From: Macrostomum lignano
Taxonomy: Eukaryota
Assembly (NCBI GenBank): GCA_002269645.1
Contig: NIVC01000696.1
Coordinates: 62,001 to 126,000 of the forward strand
Direction: 5' to 3'
DNA length: 64,000 nt
Position 1 is the first letter of the stretch; each line of letters begins with the position of its first letter. The position numbers and the translations under genes are program-made. The notes beneath the pieces are model-generated. The model was not told where the DNA came from. It did not search any database and saw nothing but the letters and a program-made list of their open reading frames with translations. Of this stretch, positions 1 to 10,501 are shown piece by piece.

Positions 1-904
1 GCAGGTGTTCAAAATCTTTCAGTAGATATACTGATAGCATCCGATTTTCTCCTTTCTAGAACATCCTAGCAACGCCTAGCAACCGAAGAGCTGAGCCGCA
101 TTTCTCGTCACGCTGCTGTACAGAGCCGACCACTCGCCGCAAATCGACTCACCGGCCCCACTGATCAGCCAAGCTGCTCCACTTCATTCCCCATTTCAAC
201 CAAATTGCCTCAATACTCGCTCGCAAATTCGTTTTAAAATGATCTATTTTTCTAAGAACTGAACTAGGGCTTGAGCACACTGATTTCTGCTGCGCATTCG
301 CACTTAAAAAAAACGAGCACAAAATAATTAGTCCTACCCCAAATCCTGAGTGCAGAGTTTTCAAATCACTTTGGCTAGCAAACTCAGTGGGAAATGTTAA
401 AGTTAATTAATTTTAGTTTGCGATTTAGTTCAAAATCAAATAACCAACTTGTACTCGTAGAGTCACAGAGTGAAGGAAAACTTGTACTTTTTTAAACGAT
501 AAGTAAGTCAAATTCCAAAGAATTGCCTCTGCGAACATTTGCTGTTTATGAAAAAGGTATCAATTCCGTGCTTTTTACCTGAAAAATTGCTTGCAAAAGT
601 TAATCCTCATGAAGCGCCATTTGCACTGGATGCCCCTGCAGTGACGCTCTTCACGATTCCGCTCGGATTTCCCACTTAATGCAGCGGCGTTTGTAGAAGT
701 GCTATTGATATTTTTGTTAATTTTCATTAATTTCGTCCATTGAAATACATTGTTGATTGTGTATTTATCGACAGGAAGTCTTTAAACTCCGTCATTTGTT
801 TGATTGCGTGCACTATTATAATTTTGAAACCGGTTTTGAACCAACTGTGCGTTGATTTGAGCAATCTTTGACCCGCGGAGCTGCTGGCGGTAATGTGAAT
901 CGGC

Positions 905-960
905 CTCTATGGTGGCGTACCATCGCACCGGGTTCCAGGTCCCGGGCTCGATTCCAAGGC
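905..960 (+). mobile_element. tRNA-like SINE head fragment (group 2)
   Basis: B-box-like GGGCTCGATTCCAAG matches the head of the minus-strand copy at 1400-1468 (CAGGCTCGATTCCAAGTGC). Degenerate. Confidence 0.45.
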
Positions 961-1129
961 GTCAGCAACCCTCGGGTGCCGTGCTGTTGGCACTCTACGT
1001 TCTTCCGGAAGCTCGGAGTCGAATGTCAGGTGAGAGAGTGCAGTAACATATAAATAAGTTTGTTTATCGTGAACAATTGAGGCAGGAGACAAAATTCATT
1101 AGCGAGATTGGAAGTCGTCACTTTTTTAG

Positions 1130-1468
1130 CACTGCATTCCCAATATCTCAGCTTCACAACCGGCGAGAGGCATTGCTGCCCATTCCGCCGACTCCCCTGA
1201 GCAGGCACACAAGCGCGCGGATACGTACGCAGTCATACGCACAGGCACACACTCACACAGGAGTGTACAGCGGCCCTAACTTTATTTATCGTTAGGCATG
1301 TACACTTCACTGTGCCTTGGGGGTTGGCCCTCAAGGGTGTTAATTGCACGAGCAGAGCCAAGCCGAAATTCCAGTTTAACCCCTAAATAATGCGAATGCA
1401 CTTGGAATCGAGCCTGGGCTGCTGGAACATCAGAGCGCCGTGCTAGACCACTGGGATACAGGCCCCCT
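1130..1468 (-). mobile_element. tRNA-derived SINE, group 2, near full length
   Basis: The reverse strand shows an A-box-like TATCCCAGTGGTCTAG and a B-box GGCTCGATTCC. About 190 bp align with 4772-4955, and the 3' body (GCGCTTGTGTG..CTCAGG..GGCGGAATGGGC) aligns with 8430-8530 and 30110-30270. Confidence 0.7.
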
Positions 1469-2269
1469 GCACTCACAATTTTATCATGCTATTTCTTCAT
1501 GAAGCAAAGTTTTTCTATCTCCGTATTAAATTTTAAATGGGTTTTCCATTTCCAAGCAGTGCTGTGCTTGAAAGAAAATCTTTGCGAAAGCCGTTTAGAA
1601 AGGTAACCAAGAACTACAATTCATATTTTTCAGCTTTACGAAAACTTACTGTCATTAATATTGCTCTATCCCAGTTTGTATTTGTTGTCAAAGCGTCAAT
1701 TAAGGCATGATATATGAGCTGCAATATACTTCAAGCCAGCCACAGTTTAATCAGTTTTTGTATAGAAATCTGTCTGAATTATGATGTATGAATAATTGTG
1801 GATTATTCTATCTGATCTATCTGATGTATGTATCTGATACATATATACAGACATACTATTAGCATATATAAATACGAGCTGCCCTACTGGCTTGCTATTT
1901 TAAAAGAATAGTGCTTGAATTCATTCTTAGAGGATACAGCCGAACGTTAATCAATAACTGAATTTCTGGATTGCACTAAACTTCTGCGCTGGTTAGCTAT
2001 TCCTAGTCCAAAGTCTTAATTCATATTCATGCACGGGAATTGTTCGATACATGAAACAGTTTTTTCTAACTTGCCGGAATGAACATACGTCGGTGGAAAT
2101 CAACTTCAAAAAATATCAAGCAGTGAAGTGATGACGATGTACATGTACTGTAAGTCATACCGACAAAGTGAATTTCACTCTGTTCAAGATGCAAACAACC
2201 AAGCACCAATAAAACGGTCAATTCTGAGCCTAGTGGTTAGCTAGCGGACTCCGTACACCTATCGTCATC

Positions 2270-2980
2270 AAATAGACTACGAAAGATCCGCTTAGAGACG
2301 TCTAAGTCAGAAAGGAGCCACGTTCCCGGAGAGCTCAATCCATGGGCTCAGATCTGCTGTCCAAGGGATGCCTTCCTGAAAAGCTGGCTAACCGCGAGTT
2401 CGGGCTGACGGGACCAGTCTGTCTCCGGACAGTAAAGTTTGTATCACAGCCATTTTGATTCCAGATTTACGATCTCAGCCGTCAGAGTCGCACACAGAAA
2501 CGTCTACCACGATGAAGGTAGTCACGACCGCCTCATAGGACACACAAATCGTCTCTTTGTCGGAGGTGATCGACAACCAGAAATTTTCTTCGCTCTCTCG
2601 ACTTCTATGCATCACCACCTGGGTGCTGCGGTTCGTACCTACCATTCGGACGTCCATTCAGTCAAGCACGTCAGACCCGACCGTTAAGCTGACTGCCAGA
2701 GAATGTCAAGACGCGTGTGACCTTTGGGTAAAAGACAATCAGCGGAACACGCTCGTCTCCGTGTAAACATCAAGCTGAAGCCACATTCCTCAATCGTGAT
2801 CTCAATCTCTCTCTGGATGACGGCTTACTTCGTTGTCGTGGTCGACTGCCTGCGCAATTTCCATTTCCAGCAAGCAATCCGATCCTGATCCACGCTATTC
2901 GAACCTTCGCACATCATCCGGCATGCTCCTAACTCCGTTGCTCACTAAGAGTATCAGCTACACTTACGAAGGTTTGCTAC
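2270..2980 (+). mobile_element. BEL/Pao LTR-retrotransposon pol remnant (RNase H to pre-integrase region), frameshifted
   Basis: Frameshifted frames give NRLRKIR..HVPGELNP, DLLSKG..GP, KFSSLSRLLCITTWVLRFV..LTARECQDA and DDGLLRCRGRL. These are the recalled BEL/Pao motifs (HVPGxxNPAD; FSSxxKLxRxxAxVxRF; DGxLRxxGRL). No LTRs seen. Confidence 0.75.
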
Positions 2981-3644
2981 AAAAGCACCCAGTTACATGC
3001 ATTTACAAACATATTTAAGACCGTGCCTAAACCACCACGCAAAAAGCTTCACTTCCGAACTTTCGACTAGTTAAAATTTTCCCGTTCCAGACGGTCGGAC
3101 TGGACTACTGAAAGCAAAATGGCCCACATCAGATCCTGCTTGATGAAGTCACTCGGTGGTGATGTCAGCCCATCTGCGATCGGCACTACATCGGTGGTCA
3201 CGTCGTCGTCGAGCACAATTTCGGGAGACGTCGATGACATCAAATTTACTGTGTGTTTACTGGCTTACTGTACTCTTGAAATTATTACCTCAGTTACAGT
3301 GCCGATAAAAAGTCATTCCTGCGTTCCTCTCAATCGTCAATCGATAATGCTCTGTCTCGCATACTGATAAAATTTAACTTAAAGAACGTAATAAAATTCA
3401 TGTTTAGAATTTCAGAAATTCCTTGCTACAAATTTGCTTTGCTTGCAAAGTCAAATCTTTAAAAGATCCACAGTGTACCCAAAATTTACAGAGCCTAAGA
3501 ATATACACGAAAGCAATTTCTAGTCCTGCATAAGGAGACCATAATACCAAAAAGGTGTCTCCTAATCCTAATTCCTGTCAACTGGATTTATTCTCTTTAC
3601 GTTAATAAAATCAACTGCCAACCTGCTTGCAGCAATTTGCAGAG

Positions 3645-3860
3645 ATGCTTCGACTCTTCAACTTGACCTTGCTGTTAGCCACCTGCCTGCCGCTGCACCG
3701 GGTAGAGGCCAGCTGCAAAGACGAGACCATTTTGCGTAAATGTTCGATGCTGCTCAGTGAAGACGACTGCGGCGACTGCGTCATAACGGCACTTAGACGG
3801 TGCAATCGGAATGAGGCATCGGAAAAAATTGCTTCTCTCTGCAGTTTTGCACACTATTAG
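3645..3860 (+). CDS. Candidate small secreted cysteine-rich peptide (71 aa)
   Basis: ATG at 3645 sits 2 nt after TTTGCAG. N-terminus MLRLFNLTLLLATCLPLHRVEA looks like a signal peptide. The 49-aa mature part has 6 Cys. The ORF is GC-rich relative to its flanks, and AATAAA is at 3955-3960. Confidence 0.55.
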   Translation: MLRLFNLTLLLATCLPLHRVEASCKDETILRKCSMLLSEDDCGDCVITALRRCNRNEASEKIASLCSFAHY

Positions 3861-4687
3861 GACACGATTCGTTAACGTGGTTCAAAATTGATCAAAATCA
3901 AGGAAGATTCTATAGGACTGATCAGTTTCCTTTACGCTCGCTGCAGTGTTTACAAATAAAACTATTGAATTGAAGTGCAGCAATTTAATCAAAATTACTT
4001 GTCTGTCAGTATGGGGTTGATTTTTAAAAAACGGCTCAAGCGATTTTAACAAAACTTGCACTGTTCGATTAGAATTTTTTGGATTTGGTAAATATGTCGT
4101 GCCTAAGCAATTGCTCAATGCTAAGGGGATTAAATATTCGACAAACGAGTTTTCATATTGCTTTCAATAGGCGATCCCTGTAGGTAAAAAAAATTGACCG
4201 ACTGAAGTTCAAATCTAAATTCAATTCTATGGGGGCGTAGACTGCTAGTCTACTTCGTACGTATTAATAATCGATAATTGAAATTATCTCGGCAAATGGC
4301 TACTGAAGAGACACTTTTTGCACTCTTCGCTCTCGCACCAGCCATTTTGAAGGCCAGTAGCGGAAATTGCTAAAATATGTTTCTCGAAACTAAATAAATT
4401 TATAGCTGACTCTAACACTATTTCAAGTAGTATTTATTAGCTGCAAAAATAATATAAGCCGTTGGAATTACGAGTCCCTGCAAACAGTTGTATTAAACGA
4501 TTAAAGTTAGGACAATAGAAAATTCCAATACGGAAAATAAGTAACTTCAAACAAAGAAGCGAAAGGGATATTCCAAAGATCACAGGCATATGTAGTCTAT
4601 ATCGGGGAAGTGAAAACATGAACCTATTGGGATGATGAGATGGCGTAGAAATGATCAGGGGATACTGACAGACGAGGAATGATGGGT

Positions 4688-4740
4688 CAAGCGCGGCGCT
4701 CTTATATGCCAGCGACCCAGGCTCGATTCCAAGTGCAGTT
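4688..4740 (+). mobile_element. SINE group 2 head fragment
   Basis: AGCGCGGCGCTCT..CCAGGCTCGATTCCAAGTGCA matches the head of the 1130-1468 copy. Confidence 0.55.
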
Positions 4741-4771
4741 ATATGATCGGTAATCGTTACATATTATCGTT

Positions 4772-4955
4772 ACGCCTGTACACTTCACAGTTCCTCGGGG
4801 GTTGGCCTTTAAGGCCGTTAATTGCACGAGCAGAGCCAAACAGAGATTCCAATTTAGCCCTGAATTACTCGTCATGTTAATGCACTCTTGGAATCAAGCC
4901 TGGACTGCTGGGGCATCAGAACGCCGCGCTAGACCACACTGGGCTACGGCCCCCT
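4772..4955 (-). mobile_element. tRNA-derived SINE, group 2 (5' half)
   Basis: Clear alignment to 1290-1468 (TGTACACTTCAC..GGGGTTGGCC..GTTAATTGCACGAGCAGAGCCAA..GCTAGACCAC). Confidence 0.7.
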
Positions 4956-5239
4956 TCCTAGGATTGTGCTTAGTTCTCCCAACTGTCGTAGCTATGGCTT
5001 AAGACGTCTGATACTACTGTGAGTAGCTAGTATAGAATGAGATCTGTATAAATAACAGCATTTATTTTACAGATATAGATAGCTACAAGGTCTGCTAGTT
5101 TAGGACAGTGACCTGTAGGATACTGCTGCATCCAAGTCAACCAAATCAAAACAGTCAGCTGAAAAATGAATCCTTGATGCTTCAGATTAACTTTGAATAG
5201 CTTTTTTTTGGCGATTCATGAGCTGATCATGCATCACAA

Positions 5240-5405
5240 GGGGTTGCAGCTTAGTGGTTAGATCGTCGGACTGAAAGGTCGGGGGTTCGATTCTCGACCC
5301 AGTCGGAGCAATTTGTGTCTTTTAGCAAGACACTTAACTCTGCATTGCTGTAAAATGGGTGCCAGCATTAGCTGGGGTAATTGAGGGTGTTTGTGGCGAA
5401 ACCAG
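5240..5405 (+). mobile_element. tRNA-derived SINE, group 1 (3'-truncated)
   Basis: A-box GCAGCTTAGTGGTTAGA, B-box GGTTCGATTC, and core GCAAGACACTTAACTCTGCATTGC..TGTAAAATGGGTGCCAGC shared with 20427, 22183 and 58128. Confidence 0.75.
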
Positions 5406-5498
5406 CGGTTGAATGTATCTTTCAAGCTTTATTAAAGCCTATTTTTCCCTATTTAGTGAAAATCGCAACTTTTGCTCGAGCATATCGGCAGCGCTTGA

Positions 5499-6215
5499 TG
5501 AGTTGAGCTGAGTTGAGCTGAGTTGAGTTGAGTTGAGCTGAGTTGAGTTGAGCTGAGCTGAGTTGAGCTGAGCTGAGCTGAGTTGAGTTGAGTTGAGCTG
5601 AGTTGAGTTGAGCTGAGCTGAGTTGAGCTGAGCTGAGTTGAGTTGAGCTGAGTTGAGCTGAGTTGAGTTGAGCTGAGCTGAGCTGAGTTGAGCTGAGCTG
5701 AGCTGAGTTGAGTTGAGCTGAGTTGAGCTGAGCTGAGCTGAGCTGAGCTGAGCTGAGCTGAGCTGAGTTGAGCTGAGCTGAGTTGAGCTGAGCTGAGCTG
5801 AGTTGAGTTGAGTTGAGCTGAGTTGAGCTGAGCTGAGCTGAGCTGAGCTGAGCTGAGTTGAGCTGAGCTGAGTTGAGCTGAGTTGAGCTGAGCTGAGCTG
5901 AGCTGAGTTGAGTTGAGCTGAGTTGAGCTGAGTTGAGTTGAGCTGAGTTGAGCTGAGCTGAGCTGAGCTGAGTTGAGTTGAGCTGAGTTGAGCTGAGTTG
6001 AGTTGAGCTGAGCTGAGCTGAGATGAGTTGAGCTGAGCTGAGTTGAGCTGAGCTGAGTTGAGCTGAGCTGAGTTGAGTTGAGCTGAGTTGAGCTGAGTTG
6101 AGTTGAGCTGAGCTGAGTTGAGTTGAGCTGAGCTGAGCTGAGATGAGTTGAGTTGAGCTGAGCTGAGTTGAGCTGAGTTGAGCTGAGCTGAGCTGAGCTG
6201 AGTTGAGTTGAGCTC
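5499..6215. repeat. Pentamer satellite (GAGTT/GAGCT, rare GAGAT)
   Basis: About 143 uninterrupted 5-bp units, directly visible. Confidence 0.97.
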
Positions 6216-6936
6216 AGGTACGATGCAAGATGTAGGCAAGATTGATGAACAGGCCGCCGGGAAGAGGCAAAACTGCATGTTTACACACTTTTTTCCCGCA
6301 GCTCGCAACTGGGAGTCTACGGTGGGAATGAAAATTTTTTTAATTGTCGAAAACAATATTGCCGTCGGCTGAGGGAAAACTGATCAATCATTAATAAATA
6401 ATGAGCCTCTGCTATACTAAAATAGCAGACAGAGTCTCCAGGCAATCACCAGTAGCTGCGCCAGTTTGCGGAAGCTGCTGCTGGTAGCGCGGGGTGAAAA
6501 TTTACTAATTTTATTGTGTATCGATCACTGTAGGCGGCTGCTGGGGGGCAAGAGGAAGGGGTTTGATGGAGGATAGCTAGGTAGCAGTCAGGTGGTTATT
6601 TATCAAAATATCTGTGGGTAGCTAGACTTGTCCAATATCAGACAAAGAACCAGTTGGAAGGGTGTAAGAGCTCATATCCCAGGTCTGGGCAATTTTTTTT
6701 CTTCAAGGGCAAATAAAAAATCTAGCTCATGACTGCAGGCTAGGTGAGAGCGAAGGAAAGGCAATCCAGGAGAGAAGAGATGAGAACAAACATGAGATGA
6801 AATATCAAAGGAGATAAGAGAAGAGAGTTTGTTGCATGAATGTGAGATGCGTGCTTGAAATGAGCTATTTTTTGAACGGACGTTCCGACTTTATTAGCAG
6901 GGCAATAATTGTTTGTTTAACGAGTAATTAATGAAA

Positions 6937-7878
6937 TATCGGATAGTGAATGATATACTAGTGAGTTATCGGATAGTGAATGATTATATACTAGTGAGTT
7001 ATCGGATAGTGAATGATATACTAGTGAGTTATCGGATAGTGAATGATATACTAGTGAGTTATCGGATAGTAAATTATGATATACTAGTGAGTTATCGGAT
7101 AGTGAATGATATACTAGTGAGTTATCGGATAGTAAATTATGATATACTAGTGAGTTATCGGATAGTGAATCATGATATACTAGTGAGTTGTCGGATAGTG
7201 AATGATATACTAGTGAGTAATCGGATAGTGAATGATGATATACTAGTGAGTTATCGGATAGTGAATGATTGTATACTAGTGAGTTATCGGATAGTGAATG
7301 ATTGTATACTAGTGAGTTATCGGATAGTGAATGATTGTATACTAGTGAGTTATTGGATAGTGAATGATTGTATACTAGTGAGTTATCGGATAGTGAATGA
7401 TATACTAGTGAGTTATCGGATAGTGAATGATTATATACTAGTGAGTTATCAGCTAGTGAATGATGATTTACTAGTGAGTTATCGGATAGTGAATGATAAT
7501 ATACCAGTGAGTTATCGGATAGTGAATGGCAAACTAGTGAGTTATCGGATAGTGAATGGCAAACTAATAATTTATCGGATAGTGAATTATGATAGACTAG
7601 TGAGTAGTCCGATAGTGAAATATGATATACTAGTGAGTAATCGGATAGTGAATGACATACTAGTGAGTTATCGGATAGTGAATGATTATATACTAGTGAG
7701 TTATCGGATAGTGAATGATTATATACTAGTGAGTTATCGGATAGTGAATGATTATATACTAGTGAGTTATCGGATAGTGAATGATTATATACTAGTGAGT
7801 TATCGGATAGTGAATGATTATATACTAGTGAGTTATCGGATAGTGAATGATTTGCTAGTTAGTTATCGGATAGTGAAT
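6937..7878 (+). repeat. 30/33-bp minisatellite (CTAGTGAGTTATCGGATAGTGAATGAT[TAT]ATA), about 30 units
   Basis: Directly visible. It keeps one reading frame open (ORF 6931-8064, IVND[Y]ILVSYR repeats). Confidence 0.95.
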
Positions 7879-8429
7879 CAGGACTCACTGAGAAGCAAGC
7901 AGGCAGTCAAACGGAATTTCAGGTGTGGAGATCTCGATCCATTTTCATTGCCCCATATACTTCATACACAGCTACATTTCGCTTGGCTTAAGATGTTCTC
8001 TGCTAGGTGGACTCAAAAGCAAAATTGGAATTTAATGCATCGAAAATTTGTTACCTACCTGTAGAAACTCCCCTGATTGGTAAAAGCATATTTTCCCAAA
8101 GGATTTGGTCTCTATTTTCATAAAAAAACAATACATAAAGCGGACGAACCAGCTGGACATTATGCTACAGTTAATCCTCAAGGAAATGCCACCCATTATC
8201 TGGACAGAGTCATCAGTTTTGGTGCCTGGAGGCGATTTATCATTTGGAGGTAGTTTGAATGATTTAAAAACTCAAATCAGATGCTCTTGCAAAGGAGATA
8301 GTCATGAACGATAGAATAGATCAAATTATGAAAAAATCATTCAACATTTATCTGATCTGGTTGAAGTGATTTATTAAAATTCAATGTTTCATGTGGCATT
8401 AGAAACGAAAATTGACCAGGAGATTGACC

Positions 8430-8530
8430 GTACAGTATTGGGGCGCTTGTGTGTGCTCAGGAGTCAGCGGAATGGGCGCCGTCAGAGCTGGTTGTGAGAC
8501 AATGTCGCCGAATTCCTTGCAGAGCCTACT
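8430..8530 (+). mobile_element. SINE group 2 body fragment
   Basis: GCGCTTGTGTGTGCTCAGGAGTCAGCGGAATGGGC matches the reverse complements of 1178-1220 and 30176-30210. Confidence 0.55.
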
Positions 8531-10501
8531 TGACCTTCTGAAACTGTTTCCATGTTCGGGTCCGAAGTGGTTTCAAATGTTTAGCCATCGATTTTTGAAG
8601 CTTGTCAGTTTGTTGTCACTGTTTTAATTATCAGTCCGAACAGCTCTCGTTGAAAGAGGAAATTGACCTAAGGAAGTCGAAATAATGACACATGACGTGC
8701 TCTGTTAGGGAACTTGGCTGTTACGGAAATACTACTGTGCAGATAGGCCTACTCAGGCCTTTCTAAGGGATACAAAGATGCGGATAGAGGCCAGTTTCCT
8801 GGACCCTGTCATGATCAATATCAAAGGCCGCAGACGAGGTAAATGCTTGTCACGTGTTGTTTTGAGAGTCACAGCTTTTGCAAGTGCATCTCTTGCTTTT
8901 TAAAACTGACGCTCTCTGGAACTTTTTGAGTCTCCCACGTCCGCTGTCCTTTAGTTCTCGTCTATTTTCACATAAATTCTATTTTCTTTCTTCCCCAAAT
9001 GAAATGTTGACCAGAAAAAAACTGAAGTTGTATTTTAGCTCGTACATCATGGTGCCACTGCTTCGATAGAACTATAATTTATAAATTGAAACTCTTTGGA
9101 TTTTCATTGATTAGTCTTTTAGGCTGGTGGGTATTGAGAGCTGGATAAATTTTTTTGTGCTTTCCAACCATATCCAGGCTGAAATGCTTCACCTTTGCAA
9201 ACTGTATTGCAATACCCCTTTCACTGAACAGTGTCCAGCCCCAGCACGGCACAGATGGAGAGCATCAGGGACGTTTCAAATTTATCAGCATCCGGGTCTG
9301 TCTAAATGAGGTACTCATTGCTGACTGAACATAGCAGTTTCTCAACTCGCCAATGATAGGCAGCTCTGCTGGTCAAATCAGCCAATTGGCTGAGCTCTGC
9401 ATAAAATCTATAGCAAGTCAACAGTACCGCACTGACTTGTGCTTATTTGCTGCAGAAGTTGCCCAGTCTGAGTCTCCTCTTTTTGAAAAAAACGCTGTTT
9501 GCGATGGACTCGACTGACTTAATCGGTAAGTTTGAGCAAGTGCTTCAATCTTCTGCTTCCTTTATTCTGTTAGGCTTGTAAGTTTGAAGCACAAGTGATT
9601 TCCCTTCTTCAAAGAGAAAGATGCTCATGGTTTAAGTCATACTTTAGATAGATAAGTGATAAGTCAGTCCAAGTCCTCGAATCTTCGTCATCGACGAAAT
9701 GGAGCGAGAATGTTATGCAGCGATTGCAGCGATAATCTGTTACATATCTAGTTTAGTGCAATATGAATGAGCGCTTACTCAACCGTTTCTATTAGAAAGC
9801 TATTCTCATTCTCAAGGCTGTATTCGAGTAGTCACCACTGCTAAGCTATGCACAAGAAAATGTGTGTCCACATGGCTTCTTGGTGAATGTCCGCATATTC
9901 CAGGATAGCAGATTTGACTAACGCGATAGCAAACGAACGAGAAATTCCAAAACCCCATGCAAAGTAATTCCCGGCTTCGTCGGCTTCTCAGAATGCATGA
10001 GTTGCTATGCATTAATTACTACCGATTTGTATCTCAGGTCATCTGACAGCAGCTCATGTTTGCGGCACGAGTTAATTTCGTATAACGAGATGCAGGCTCT
10101 TTAAAGCATCATCAGATAAGGGGTTTCTCAGGAGAAAAATGTCATGTCATGGTCACTATATAACACAATAATACGTCGAACACGTAAAGAATCTTCAGTG
10201 ATCTAAGGAAGTATATTTAAACAGTCATACGAGCAAATCAGGACACAAAAATGCTCTTTTCGTTTGAGGATCGCATACACACATAGTACTATTGCAGATG
10301 AAATCCAAGCGGTTTCCAAGCCAGATCAGAAGACAGAGCGGTCATAAATTTATTCATAATAAGCTTGGCGAGAAATAAATCCTTAAAGTTCCAATGGGTC
10401 ACAGAGAATGCTGTCTTTAACATGTCTCGGCATGTATGCAATGCAGTCAAGTCATTCAATGTCAAACATTGATTTGGAATCGCTGTTTTTTTAACTTTCA
10501 G

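Noticed and set aside
149-364. Minus-strand 71-aa ORF with a hydrophobic stretch (GFGVGLIILCSFFLSA)
   Set aside because: Non-ATG start, AT-rich codons, no recognisable family or supporting splice partner.
5439-6356. 305-aa ORF of AQLNS/TQLSS repeats
   Set aside because: It is simply the translation of a pentamer satellite whose reverse strand lacks stop codons, with no independent coding evidence.
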